Positions 9,745 through 19,778 of a stretch of 52,927 bases of DNA are shown here, one piece after another; position 1 is the first letter of the stretch; every line of letters starts with the position of its first letter. Position numbers and translations under genes: made by a program. The notes under the pieces were generated by a model. It was not told the DNA's origin. It ran no database searches and saw only the letters and a list, made by a program, of their open reading frames with translations. The stretch is from contig DAIDAY010000003.1 of NCBI GenBank assembly GCA_027310365.1, positions 1-52,927 on the forward strand. Reading direction: 5' to 3'. Origin of the DNA: a bacterium. Lineage in GTDB: Bacteria; Patescibacteriota; Minisyncoccia; UBA6257; GWB1-50-10.

Positions 9745-10113
9745 TTAGAGATATGAGAGGCCGACCTGCAGGAGTTTGATCACGAGTTCCCAAATCCAGA
9801 TCATGAAATTCACCGCAACTGTGATGATGTTGGCGAGACTGACGCCGATATTCGCCGAGAACCAGTTATTGACGTTTTGCCAAACGTTTCCCACGTCCGT
9901 CGTCACGCCCGTCCCCTGCCCAAGATTCAAGGAGTTGCCTCCCGCAGCATTCTCCCTTCCGTTGATGGAAGGAAGTTGGATTTTTTTGATGGTATTAAAA
10001 AGGTCGTTCACCGGCCCCGGCGTATTGTTGCCGTTCGGCGCGCCGAGCTGCGCTCCTGCCGCGAAAGGAACAAGAGATGCGACAATCGCGAAGATGAAGA
10101 TTTTTTTATTCAT
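9745..10113 (-). CDS. Hypothetical secreted/membrane protein
   Basis: Signal peptide MNKKIFIFAIVASLVPFAAGA, C-terminal hydrophobic helix, overlaps upstream stop. Confidence 0.8.
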   Translation of the reverse strand: MNKKIFIFAIVASLVPFAAGAQLGAPNGNNTPGPVNDLFNTIKKIQLPSINGRENAAGGNSLNLGQGTGVTTDVGNVWQNVNNWFSANIGVSLANIITVAVNFMIWIWELVIKLLQVGLSYL

Positions 10114-11422
10114 CGTAGGAAATTCCCGACTCCGGCAGATACGTCACGGGATCGACGGTGACGCCGACCGGTACCAAACCTTTTGCCGGCGGAATCGCTT
10201 TCAGTTCCACGTCCGGCGTGTAATAAACTCCGAAGTGCAAGTGAGGCCCGAAGGCGTATCCGGTGTTCCCAGAATAGCCGATGAGGTCTCCTCTTTTTAT
10301 TATATCACCCGCGCTCACCGCCGTCTTGGAAAGGTGTGCATAAAGAGTCGTGAGATTATTCACGTGATTGACGATGACATACCTCCCATACTGGTAGCGA
10401 TTCCACCGAGCGAAACCCCGGTCATTGTTGTCGACCCGCAAAACAACCCCGTCGGCGGCGGCGTACACGGGCGTCCCGATGCTGGCGCCGAAGTCAACGC
10501 CCGTATGAAAGTTGGTTTTGTACGCCCGTTCGGCGAACGTGGTGTAGCCATACCCTTGCGTAACCATCGGCGTATCGATGGGAAAGGATAGTATGCCGCG
10601 GATCTTGGAAGGCAAGAGATTTGGATTGAACGATGCCCTGAGATTGCCTTCGATTTCTTCGATAACCCGCGAGATTTGGAGCTGTTGTTTATTCAATTGA
10701 TCCATTTGGTCCTGATAGACCTGTGCCTGATTCCGCGTCGCCGAAAGGACGGCGTCTTTTTGCTGTTTTTGATCCCAAAGAATGCTTTGGGTATTCGCCA
10801 AGTTGATTTGAATTTCCTGCTTCTTTTCTTGTTCCGCGCTCGCCGTCGCGATATTGCCGTTCAATTGGTTTTCCAAATCGGCCAACTGGGATAGACTGTC
10901 GACGAGCGATTTATTCAAGAGATAAAGCGAATTCGTTTTATTCAAAGAATCGGCAAACGTATCGTTGCTCAAAACCGCGAAGAGAAGGCCCTGGTCGTTA
11001 TTCTGCTGAATTTCCACCATGAGTTTCGCGAGAGCTTCTTTTCGCCGGGTTATTTCATTTTGGATGTTCGCGATGGTCTCCGTCGATGATTGAATTTGCA
11101 GAGAAAGTTTCCGGGACGCCGCTTGATTGGATTGAATCTGCAAGTTAAGCTGCGAAATCTGGTAATTGAGGCCTTGAACTTCCTGACTCAGTGAGTTTTT
11201 GGATTCGCTGATTTGGTTCAGCTTTGCCTGCACGTCCTGCTTTTGCGTCTCTATTTGCTTGATTTGGCTGCTCCGTATTTCTATGAGTTGCTGAAGTGTT
11301 GCGGTCTCGCTTGATGTCGTCGCTGCATTGCTCGGTGCCGTCTGTGCCGAAATTGAAACGGCGAGTGACGCAAAAATGACAAAAGAAAACATCGCCGAAA
11401 TTTTCTTTGCATGGTTCTTCAT
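10106..11422 (-). CDS. M23 family peptidase with coiled-coil N-terminus (EnvC-like architecture)
   Basis: Signal peptide, Q-rich coiled coil, HTGVD, YAHL, GPHLHF. Confidence 0.93.
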   Translation of the reverse strand: MKNHAKKISAMFSFVIFASLAVSISAQTAPSNAATTSSETATLQQLIEIRSSQIKQIETQKQDVQAKLNQISESKNSLSQEVQGLNYQISQLNLQIQSNQAASRKLSLQIQSSTETIANIQNEITRRKEALAKLMVEIQQNNDQGLLFAVLSNDTFADSLNKTNSLYLLNKSLVDSLSQLADLENQLNGNIATASAEQEKKQEIQINLANTQSILWDQKQQKDAVLSATRNQAQVYQDQMDQLNKQQLQISRVIEEIEGNLRASFNPNLLPSKIRGILSFPIDTPMVTQGYGYTTFAERAYKTNFHTGVDFGASIGTPVYAAADGVVLRVDNNDRGFARWNRYQYGRYVIVNHVNNLTTLYAHLSKTAVSAGDIIKRGDLIGYSGNTGYAFGPHLHFGVYYTPDVELKAIPPAKGLVPVGVTVDPVTYLPESGISYDE

Positions 11423-11424
11423 GA

Positions 11425-12843
11425 TTACCGCGCCGAACCGAGTTTTTTCAAGGCTGTTTCCACCCGTGCCAGCGATTCTTCCTTGCCCAAAATATACAGA
11501 ATCTCGATGGGGCCGGGTGACGCTTCCCTCCCCGACAAAGCGACGCGGAGCGGCCACAAAACTTCTCCTCTGCCGCGCTTTTCGGCGACCGACATAACGT
11601 ACTTCTCGACCGCCTCCTTTGACCAGAGTTCGTGGTTCGGGATACCCCTCACGACATTCGCGAGGAAACTCAAATTGTCGGCGGCAATCATCTTCGACGA
11701 TCCGCGCCAAATCAAGAACGCAGGATCGTATTCGGGCAACGTGAAAAAGAACGACGCCAACTGTTCGAAGTCGGAAAGATGTTTCAAGCGTTCCTTTTCG
11801 ACAGCCAAAACTTTCTTTAATTTTTCTTTTTCCTGAAGCCACGCCGATGGGATAAAATCGGCCATCCGCTCAGCCAAAATATCCGCAGGAAGATTCTTGA
11901 TGTAATAAGCGTTCAGCCATTCCAATTTTTCGGGATTGAAAACAGCTCCCCCTCTCTGCACTTTTTTGAAACTAAAATCGCTGACCATCTCGGAAATTGA
12001 AACAACTTCCTTGTCCACCGTCGGATGCCACCCGAGAAGAGCCATGAAATTCAAGAGCGCTTCGGGGAGATATCCCTGCGCCCTGAAATCTTTGAGCGAA
12101 GCGTCCAAGTACCGCTTCGAAAGCTTCTTCCGGTCGAATCCCAGGATGAGCGGCAGGTGTGCATACACCGGCACCCTGAAACCAAGCGCTTCTTGCATGG
12201 CAACCTGTCTTGGGGTATTCGAGAGGTGGTCTTCGCCGCGGATCACGTGGGTGATGCTCATTTCTTCGTCGTCTACGACGACGGCGAAATTGTAGAGCGG
12301 CTCTTGGAATCCTTTCGCGATGATGATGTCACCGATCAAATCAAGATCGAAGGTCACTCTGCCGCGAATTAAATCAGTGAAGGAAATTTCATGCGAAGGC
12401 ATACGGAACCGGATAACGTGCTTTTCCAATTTCGCCCGCTTTTCAGCGACATCTCGCGGAATCGTTCCGCACTTGCCGCTGTATTTCGGCTGAAGTCCTT
12501 GGCTGAGCTGCGCCTGTCGTTCGGCTTCCAGTTCTTCGGGCGTGCAGAAACAAAAATAAGCCCTGTTTTCTCCAAGGAGGCGCTTTAAATATCTTTCATA
12601 GACGGGGAGACGTTCGCTCTGCCGTTCAAGATCGCCATCCCAGGTAATCCCCAGCCACCGTAACTCCTCGATGATGCTTTCTTCGTATTCCTTTTTCGAC
12701 CGTTCCTTGTCGGTATCCTCGATACGAAGCAGAAATTCTCCGCCCTCGTGTCTTGCAAACAACCAGTTAAAAAGCGCTGTTCTGGCGTTTCCCAGGCTCA
12801 AATATCCCGTTGGAGATGGGGCAAATCTGACCTTTATCGGCAT
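11425..12843 (-). CDS. gltX: Glutamate--tRNA ligase
   Basis: VRFAPSPTG, LRIEDTD, THVIRGEDH, KLSKR. Confidence 0.97.
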   Translation of the reverse strand: MPIKVRFAPSPTGYLSLGNARTALFNWLFARHEGGEFLLRIEDTDKERSKKEYEESIIEELRWLGITWDGDLERQSERLPVYERYLKRLLGENRAYFCFCTPEELEAERQAQLSQGLQPKYSGKCGTIPRDVAEKRAKLEKHVIRFRMPSHEISFTDLIRGRVTFDLDLIGDIIIAKGFQEPLYNFAVVVDDEEMSITHVIRGEDHLSNTPRQVAMQEALGFRVPVYAHLPLILGFDRKKLSKRYLDASLKDFRAQGYLPEALLNFMALLGWHPTVDKEVVSISEMVSDFSFKKVQRGGAVFNPEKLEWLNAYYIKNLPADILAERMADFIPSAWLQEKEKLKKVLAVEKERLKHLSDFEQLASFFFTLPEYDPAFLIWRGSSKMIAADNLSFLANVVRGIPNHELWSKEAVEKYVMSVAEKRGRGEVLWPLRVALSGREASPGPIEILYILGKEESLARVETALKKLGSAR

Positions 12844-12887
12844 GCGGAAAGTATACGCCAAAACGGCCGCCTTATAAAGCTGCGGCG

Positions 12888-13232
12888 TTATGCCTCAAGA
12901 TCAAGCTCTGCTCTCAACTTGATCCAATATTCCTTCTTCTTTTTCTCTTCAGTCCCCAAATTTTCTCCCTTTTGCACCTCTTCTTGTATCGCCCCGCCGA
13001 TGAACTTCCCTAAATCCTCTTTTGTCTTCGTCTCCATACACAGCTCATCCACACGGTTGAGGGCCCACTGAATAAACTCCCTTTCCTTTGATGGTATTGA
13101 CTGTCCCTTTTCGTCGATAACGGTCGCACTTTTCATTTCTCCTTCGGCCAACGAAAGCTTATCCCTCAACTGTTCCTTGATTTTTTCCCAATCCACGACG
13201 CGCTCTCCGTTGTCTATTTTTTCTCTCAACAT
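12888..13232 (-). CDS. Hypothetical charged helical protein
   Basis: 114-aa ORF filling the murG-gltX gap on the operon strand. Confidence 0.7.
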   Translation of the reverse strand: MLREKIDNGERVVDWEKIKEQLRDKLSLAEGEMKSATVIDEKGQSIPSKEREFIQWALNRVDELCMETKTKEDLGKFIGGAIQEEVQKGENLGTEEKKKKEYWIKLRAELDLEA

Positions 13233-13243
13233 GGCAAACCGAT

Positions 13244-14356
13244 TTACAAATTCATGATATCTCCCGCAATGAGATCAGCCGCGTCCGGCTTCGCGAAAGC
13301 TGATGCAGCGCTGCCCATTCTCGCAGAGTTGTTCGCATTTCCGAGAATGTCTCCCGTCTTCGTCGTGACGACGTCCAGTTTCAAATTGTTTTCCTCAATG
13401 ACAAAGGCAGCGCCGGTTTTCGCGTAAGCGTACGCATTGGTTCTTTGATGATCCCCTGCCGCCTCGGGCAGCGGAACCAAGATCGAGGGTTTCCCGAAGA
13501 ACGCAGCTTCGAAAATGGACGCCGATCCGGCTCGCGAAAGAATGACATCCGCTGCCGTATACGCCAATTTCATCTCCTCGGCAGTCATGAAACCGAACAG
13601 TTTGTATCGGGAAGAATATAACGAACCAACCTCCTTCGACAAGGAAGAGATGATGAGCTGCGCTTCATTGAGATTCGCCGCGCCGGCCTGGTGGCAAATC
13701 TGGAATTCCTTGAGAAGCGGCTCAAAATTGTCGAAGATGAACTGGTTGATCCGCATTGCCCCCTGCGATCCCCCGACGACAAAAACGAGCGGAAGCATCT
13801 TATCAAATCCTAACGCTGCCTTGGCATCGTCTTTTGGCATAACCCTCCCTTTAAAGGCGTCCCGCAAAGGATTCCCGACCAGTGTTATGTTTTTCTTCTT
13901 GTGGAAAAAGGCATACGACTCCTCGAACGATATTGCTATCTTTCTCGCGAATTTTCCGGAAATTCTGCTGGTAAGACCTGGAACGGTGTCGGATTCGTGG
14001 ATAACAACCGGGATCATGTAGAACCGGGCGGCGATGACAACTGGCAATGCGCCGGGGCCACCTTTCGAAAAAACGATATCTGGCATGAGAAAATACAATT
14101 TCGCGAGCGCTTCGATGAGACCGAGGAGAAATTTCGGGATGTCGATAAAATTCGAAAGGGAAAAATACCTCCGGAGTTTGCTCGTGATGATCGATGACAT
14201 CCGTATTTCCCGCCGCGCGAATTCATCGGCATACTGCCCGGCGGGGCCGAGATAAATAATTTCAACGCCTCCCGCTCGCATAAGCGCATCGGCAACGGCA
14301 AGCAATGGGTAAAAATGCCCGCCCGTTCCCCCTCCCGTCAAAACAATTCGTTTCAT
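13244..14356 (-). CDS. murG: Undecaprenyl-PP-MurNAc-pentapeptide GlcNAc transferase
   Basis: TGGGTGGHFYP, GNPLR, GGSQGA, SRAG, HQ..NA. Confidence 0.97.
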   Translation of the reverse strand: MKRIVLTGGGTGGHFYPLLAVADALMRAGGVEIIYLGPAGQYADEFARREIRMSSIITSKLRRYFSLSNFIDIPKFLLGLIEALAKLYFLMPDIVFSKGGPGALPVVIAARFYMIPVVIHESDTVPGLTSRISGKFARKIAISFEESYAFFHKKKNITLVGNPLRDAFKGRVMPKDDAKAALGFDKMLPLVFVVGGSQGAMRINQFIFDNFEPLLKEFQICHQAGAANLNEAQLIISSLSKEVGSLYSSRYKLFGFMTAEEMKLAYTAADVILSRAGSASIFEAAFFGKPSILVPLPEAAGDHQRTNAYAYAKTGAAFVIEENNLKLDVVTTKTGDILGNANNSARMGSAASAFAKPDAADLIAGDIMNL

Positions 14357-14361
14357 TGATG

Positions 14362-14997
14362 TTATTGTACCACCCGGCCAAGGGCTCTCAAAATTCCCAC
14401 GGCTGCCACGACGACGAGCTGAAGGATGATGTTGATAATAATGAGGCTCACGGCCACGAGGGCGAGGTTCCCGAGAAAATCAGAATTGATAAAGAACAGA
14501 GCGATAATGACAAGCCAGATGTTTTTCAAATCCTGGATCGAGGGGCCGATCATCGCGCCGACGTTGAAGAAAAGGAAAATCATCACCCAGCTCTGCCACG
14601 TCGCGAGGTTTATTTCCCCGACGAGAGTAAGTGTCGAAGCGGCCAGGCTCCCCAATCCGGAAAACTGCGGCACGATAAAGAAGTCCCCGAGAACAAACGC
14701 GTTCATGGCGTAGAGGAAAAATAATCCTCCAGCTATCGGCGCGAAGGATATGAGCGCTTCGCCGACAAACAACAGCTTTGATTTTTCATGTGTGACGTGC
14801 GGCTCACGGGAAAACACTTTGAACTCGCGGATTTTCGCGCCTGTCAAAACGCAAAAGGCCGCATGCGATGTTTCGTGGATAAACGCGCCGACATAGTACA
14901 AAAGATGCGTTATCCGGTAATTCAAATACCGCCAATTCAAAAAATTGCTGAAGTATCCCAGTGCCGTTATTGACAAGACAACCAATCCTAAATTCAT
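14362..14997 (-). CDS. Membrane metalloprotease-like protein (M50/M50B-like)
   Basis: FIHETSH (HExxH), multiple TM segments, PS..D motif. Confidence 0.7.
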   Translation of the reverse strand: MNLGLVVLSITALGYFSNFLNWRYLNYRITHLLYYVGAFIHETSHAAFCVLTGAKIREFKVFSREPHVTHEKSKLLFVGEALISFAPIAGGLFFLYAMNAFVLGDFFIVPQFSGLGSLAASTLTLVGEINLATWQSWVMIFLFFNVGAMIGPSIQDLKNIWLVIIALFFINSDFLGNLALVAVSLIIINIILQLVVVAAVGILRALGRVVQ

Positions 14998-16097
14998 GAC
15001 CTCCGTGAAATGTTCACGATGATTCCCGACATCGTGAGGAAAACGGCAAGCGCGGTGCCGCCGTAGCTTGTGAAAGGCAACGGAATGCCAGTGAAGGGTA
15101 ATAACCCCGAAACAGCTCCCATATGCACGAATGCCTGAAGGCCGATGACGGAAACAAACCCGACGACCGCAAGCTGGCTGAACAAGTCAGGGGCGCGCTT
15201 CGCGATCTTGATCCCCCGCCAGACAAAAAGCAAGAAGAGGGTGATAAAGCCGACCGAGCCGACGAATCCCAGCTCCTCCGCAATCACGGCGAATACGGAG
15301 TCTCCCGTCGGCTCCGGCAGATAGTGCAGTTTCGTCGTCGAACGGCCGTACCCGACACCCCAGGCCCCTCCTGATCCTATCGCGATCAAGGATTGATTGA
15401 TTTGATATGTTTTCCCGAGAGTATCGGAACTCGGATGAAGAAAGCTGAAAACCCGTTGGAAGCGGTACGGCGTCACGGCGATGAGGAGCGCAAGGGCGAG
15501 AACGCCGATGATGACGATGAACGCAAGCGATTTCAATTTCGCTCCGGCGATAAGGTACATGATGAGCGTGGAGCTTACTATGAGGACGACGGTCGTCGTG
15601 GCCGGCTGAAGGATAATCGGCAGGACTACCATAATGAGGATGATAAAAAACGGCAGCGTTCCTTCCCGGAAACGCTGGCGCCGGACAGATGCTTTCGAGA
15701 GCCATGATGCAACATAAAGAATGGCCGCGAGTTTCACAAATTCGGACGGCTGGAATCCGAAACCTGCAATCCGAAGCCAGCGGTCGGCGCCGTATGCCTG
15801 GTATCCCAAGGGCGTGAAGACCATGAGAAGAAAAGCCACGCCGACGATCAAGAGATACAGGCTGATTTTCTGCCATATTTTATAATCGAGAAAAACACCG
15901 AGGAGAAAACCGACGAGTCCCGGCAAAAGACCGAAGAGAATCTGGTGCGTAAGATAGTAAAAGCTGTTTCCGTATTGGACTTTCGCCACATCCGACGAGG
16001 CCGAGGTGAGCATGACAAGGCCGAAAACGACAAGCACCGTCAAAAGGAAGATGAAGACATAATCGGGAGATCTCCGCTGCGACAAAGATTTGCTCAT
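14994..16097 (-). CDS. ftsW: SEDS peptidoglycan glycosyltransferase FtsW
   Basis: FQPSEFVK, YQ..QS..AIGSGG, LPEP..D..FAVIAEE.G, SYGG; lies between mraY and murG. Confidence 0.92.
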   Translation of the reverse strand: MSKSLSQRRSPDYVFIFLLTVLVVFGLVMLTSASSDVAKVQYGNSFYYLTHQILFGLLPGLVGFLLGVFLDYKIWQKISLYLLIVGVAFLLMVFTPLGYQAYGADRWLRIAGFGFQPSEFVKLAAILYVASWLSKASVRRQRFREGTLPFFIILIMVVLPIILQPATTTVVLIVSSTLIMYLIAGAKLKSLAFIVIIGVLALALLIAVTPYRFQRVFSFLHPSSDTLGKTYQINQSLIAIGSGGAWGVGYGRSTTKLHYLPEPTGDSVFAVIAEELGFVGSVGFITLFLLFVWRGIKIAKRAPDLFSQLAVVGFVSVIGLQAFVHMGAVSGLLPFTGIPLPFTSYGGTALAVFLTMSGIIVNISRRS

Positions 16098-17548
16098 TTT
16101 TCCGCGACACTCTTCAAAACCCGCCCGGCGAACTGCGGCCGCACCATTCCTCTTTCCATGATTATCCGGCCGTTTACGACGACGTACCACGGCTTCCCGC
16201 CTTTGAACACATTTATGTCGGCGAAATATCCCTCTTTGATCATTCCGCGCCTTGTGATGCCGTATTTCCTTGCCGGAAGAGCGGTGATTTTTTCGACGGA
16301 ACTTTCGGAAGAAAGAATTGTTGGAAAAAGCGATGCATTTTCCTCCTCCGCGCGGTGATAGTGGGCGGAGAGGAGCGCGTGCTTGCTCTTCATGAGTTCT
16401 TTGAGCGCTTCATCGCTGACCGACGGCGAAAAGAATCCTCCCCGCATCCGGGAAAGGATTGCGAGTTGGAAAAGAGTCTTCCCCAGAGAAAGTTCTTGGG
16501 AAGCGGCGACATCCGCAAGGCGCTTGCCTTCCAAAAATCGTAGTGGCTTCGGCATCGAAGCGACAACGATATTTTCCAAATTCAGCGTATCCAGGTAGGC
16601 AATGATTCTTTCCTGAAGATGCCGCGTTTTCGCGGCCGCAAGAACATCTTTCAACACTCCGCTCGCGATCCACGGCGGCAGAAAATCGTGCGCGGCCATC
16701 TTGATGACTGGTTCGGGAAAAACGTCGAAATGCAGGTGCTTCTCGGCGGCGTTTTCCTCGATATCTTTGGCTGCCTTCAAATATTCATACCGCACTTCTT
16801 CGAGTGGCTGGAAGTGATTGATCTCCGCGTTGAGATTGTGCGCGGCGGCGATGTCATAAATTTCCGCGAGCGATTCCTTCACCTTTCTTTCATCGCGGAG
16901 ATGGAACGTGAAAACATTCCTGAAACGGCCCGCAGCGTTCAAAACCCGGAGTATCTCTTGCCGGTTTACGCCGGAAAGATACGGTTCCGAAAGATCGAAC
17001 GCGGCGCCGAACGCTCCCTCCCGGATCGACTGGGACAAAACCCTTCCGGCGCTTTCCGTTTCCCCGATTGTTAAATCTCTCCCAAACCCTTCCATAAAAG
17101 CGCTTCGGAGTGTCGCATAGCCGACGAGTGTCCCGAAATTGATTCCCACTCCTCTCTTTTCCAACGCGGAAAGCAGTTCCCTCACCGACTGCCAATTCAC
17201 ATTCCACCGGAGGGAATACCGATCCCTCAAAAAAGCAGTCGTCCCGAAGAAAATCGGGGCGAGCGACAAGCCGTTCCCGCCAGCAATCGCGGTTGTGATG
17301 CCCTTGCGGATGAGGCGGGTTGAGAAGATGTCGTCGAATATCCCCCCTTCCTCCCCGGCGTCGAAATTAATCTCGATGAATCCGGGTGTCACGACCATCC
17401 CCTTTGCATCGATGATGTTCTTTCCGTATTTCCTCCCCGGCTTCGCGAAGCCGACGATGGCATCGCCCCTTACCAAAACGTCAAATTCCTCGGGCCCCGA
17501 TCCGTCTCCTTTGTGGACCAAACCGTTTTTGATGATAAGTTCGTTCAT
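16094..17548 (-). CDS. Amidohydrolase superfamily protein (N-acyl-D-amino-acid deacylase-like), degenerate metal site
   Basis: IIKNG.V..G.G, IIDAKG.VVTPGFI, GITT...G..G.S.AP, RG.IKEGYFADI, V.VNG. Confidence 0.8.
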   Translation of the reverse strand: MNELIIKNGLVHKGDGSGPEEFDVLVRGDAIVGFAKPGRKYGKNIIDAKGMVVTPGFIEINFDAGEEGGIFDDIFSTRLIRKGITTAIAGGNGLSLAPIFFGTTAFLRDRYSLRWNVNWQSVRELLSALEKRGVGINFGTLVGYATLRSAFMEGFGRDLTIGETESAGRVLSQSIREGAFGAAFDLSEPYLSGVNRQEILRVLNAAGRFRNVFTFHLRDERKVKESLAEIYDIAAAHNLNAEINHFQPLEEVRYEYLKAAKDIEENAAEKHLHFDVFPEPVIKMAAHDFLPPWIASGVLKDVLAAAKTRHLQERIIAYLDTLNLENIVVASMPKPLRFLEGKRLADVAASQELSLGKTLFQLAILSRMRGGFFSPSVSDEALKELMKSKHALLSAHYHRAEEENASLFPTILSSESSVEKITALPARKYGITRRGMIKEGYFADINVFKGGKPWYVVVNGRIIMERGMVRPQFAGRVLKSVAEK

Positions 17549-17649
17549 CCTATGAGAAATAAACGTACCATCGCGGCTTCTTGAATATCCATACCTTAGG
17601 AAAAATCATTTTAGCTTCTATCACGGAGTATCTGTTCATTTCCCATGGG
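17549..17649. mobile_element. MITE-like element E1 at a start codon
   Basis: AT-cctatgagaaat ... atttcccatggg-AT; TIR 10/12. Confidence 0.7.
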
Positions 17650-17651
17650 AT

Positions 17652-18698
17652 TCACGCAAAGTGCGCCAAGAAAAAGATAACGAGACCGAAAGCCGCGGCC
17701 ATGGCGCTTATGATCCAAAACCGCATCGTAATCTGACTTTCGGGCCAGCCAAGCCCCTGAAAATGATGGTGGATCGGCGCCGAAAGAAAAACTTTTTTCT
17801 TCCGCAATTTCTTGCTCGCCACCTGGATGATGACCGAACCGGACTCGACGAGGAAAGTGAAGGCGAAAAACGGCAGAAAGAGCGACGTGTCGGTTGTGAG
17901 CGCGATAACCCCCAGCGTAATGCCGAGAGACATCGAACCCGTGTCACCCATGAAAAATTTCGCCGGATGGATATTGAACCACAAAAATGCGAGAAGGGCA
18001 CCGATGATTGCGGCAATCATCGCGGCCAAGTCGTATTTATGGAGCGCGAAGGCGACGACATCAAGCGCCGCAAAGGAAAAGAGCGAAACGCCCCCGAGAA
18101 GGCCATCCAAACCATCCGTTTCGTTCGCTGAAAAGGCCGTCGCGACGATCACAAAAATGAAAAACGGGATGTACCACCATCCGAAATCGAGGGGGCCGAT
18201 GAACGGGAAATACACCGTATGCCAGCCGAGGCGAAAATAAAACCACCAGGCCCCAAGGACGGCTGCGAGGGTGTAGAGTATAAGCTTATGCTTTATTTTG
18301 AGACCGCCGCCGTGGGGGCCGATGCCTTTGATTCCCATTACATCGTCGAAGAGACCGATGAGCGCGGCAAATAAGAGCGCGAAGAGCGGAACGTATGTTT
18401 CTGATCGACTGACGAAGTTCAAATAACTGGAGAAACCGTCGAAGATGTTCCCCAAAATCAGGAATATGACGGCAAGTCCGATGACCGTCGCCCAAATGAT
18501 GATTCCGCCCATGGTCGGCGTCGAGGATTTATCCTTGTGATACTGGTAAAAAACGGGAGCGCTCTTTTCATCCCTGATGTTGTTTTTCCTCAGGTTGAAT
18601 TTTTGGAGGAAGGAGAAAACAAACGGCGTAATAATGAGTGCGGTCGTGAATGCTAACGCAAAAATCATGAGCACCCTCGTCGCGGAGAATACCGTCAT
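17652..18698 (-). CDS. mraY: Phospho-N-acetylmuramoyl-pentapeptide transferase
   Basis: TPTMGG, DD, TDGLDGL, FMGDTGS, APIHHHF. Confidence 0.97.
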   Translation of the reverse strand: MTVFSATRVLMIFALAFTTALIITPFVFSFLQKFNLRKNNIRDEKSAPVFYQYHKDKSSTPTMGGIIIWATVIGLAVIFLILGNIFDGFSSYLNFVSRSETYVPLFALLFAALIGLFDDVMGIKGIGPHGGGLKIKHKLILYTLAAVLGAWWFYFRLGWHTVYFPFIGPLDFGWWYIPFFIFVIVATAFSANETDGLDGLLGGVSLFSFAALDVVAFALHKYDLAAMIAAIIGALLAFLWFNIHPAKFFMGDTGSMSLGITLGVIALTTDTSLFLPFFAFTFLVESGSVIIQVASKKLRKKKVFLSAPIHHHFQGLGWPESQITMRFWIISAMAAAFGLVIFFLAHFA

Positions 18699-18722
18699 AT
18701 CGTTATTATTCTACCTCCCCAT

Positions 18723-18830
18723 CCAAAGAGGAGCAACATAAAAACGCTTTGCATTGCAAACCTGAGATATTTTATGCGCACACGTCTGGGGATACTCATA
18801 TATCGCTGATTCGACCGCACTCCTCTCTGG
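18723..18830. mobile_element. MITE-like element with ccaaagaggag / ctcctctctgg ends
   Basis: 10/11 TIR, 108 bp, fills the gap upstream of mraY. Confidence 0.5.
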
Positions 18831-18840
18831 GTATGAGAGT

Positions 18841-19764
18841 CTATTGGAATTTATAGGATTTGGAAACCCAATCGATGAGAGTATTCAAATCGTCGAACCG
18901 GGAGTCGCTTCCCATGATAACCGAGATCAATCTTTGATTCCCGATTTCAAGTACGGTGGCGAGGTTTTGCTTTGCAAGTGGCGAAGTGCCCGTTTTTCCG
19001 CCTAAAAAATCGATCCGGGCAACGATCGGATCGATGTTCGAAACCACATTGATCCGCGAAGAATTCAAGGGTTGCACGTTCTGAGTCGTGAGACGGGTCC
19101 ATGTCAGAATCTCCGGGTCTTTCTCGACGATGTACTTGAGGAGCATGTACATATCATTCGGCGTTCCCCTGTTGTTGTCGTCCAACCCGGAAGAATCATT
19201 GATGACAGTCTGCGTCATCCCGATTTCCGCCAGCTTGGCCCTCGCCATAGCCAAAAACCGATCATTGCCGATGTATTCCTCAAAGGCGGCAGCCGCCCGG
19301 TTGGAGGATTCCATGAGCATGATTTTTAAGAGATCTTCCGACTTATAGATTTCGCCGGCTCGGAAATTCCCCGCTTCGCCGTCGACGGTCATGGTTGTCG
19401 TGGAAATGGGTATTTTTTTGTCGAGGCCGACGTTCTCAACGACGACAACCGCCGTAATGAGTTTTGTGAGCGACGCCAAACGCCACGGCGCATACGCCTT
19501 GAGGCGATAGAGCGAGAAATTACCGTCGAGCGATTGCATCAAAACGCCCTCCGCCGAAAGTTTCGGGTCCAAAACGCTCCAGTCGCGGATCGGTATCCGG
19601 CCGGCCTCTGCATGGAAGGACACGGTGGTCGAAGAATTGCCCGGCGGCGCATCGGTTGGAACGGTACCTTCACCCCCCCTCAAGTTAAAAATCGGCACAA
19701 CGACCGTTATGAAAACGATCCCCAAGACAATAATGAGGGTGAATAAAAAAAAATTTTTTGTCAT
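18841..19764 (-). CDS. D-alanyl-D-alanine carboxypeptidase (peptidase S11)
   Basis: ASLTK (SxxK), SSN (SxN), KTG; N-terminal membrane anchor. Confidence 0.9.
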   Translation of the reverse strand: MTKNFFLFTLIIVLGIVFITVVVPIFNLRGGEGTVPTDAPPGNSSTTVSFHAEAGRIPIRDWSVLDPKLSAEGVLMQSLDGNFSLYRLKAYAPWRLASLTKLITAVVVVENVGLDKKIPISTTTMTVDGEAGNFRAGEIYKSEDLLKIMLMESSNRAAAAFEEYIGNDRFLAMARAKLAEIGMTQTVINDSSGLDDNNRGTPNDMYMLLKYIVEKDPEILTWTRLTTQNVQPLNSSRINVVSNIDPIVARIDFLGGKTGTSPLAKQNLATVLEIGNQRLISVIMGSDSRFDDLNTLIDWVSKSYKFQ

Positions 19765-19778
19765 GAATCTTCTTTGCC

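Noticed and set aside
9131-9793. Minus-strand frame with only three internal stops, all TGA (possible recoding or code 25)
   Set aside because: Core genes here end in TGA, the read-through product is not protein-like, and three TGAs can arise by chance.
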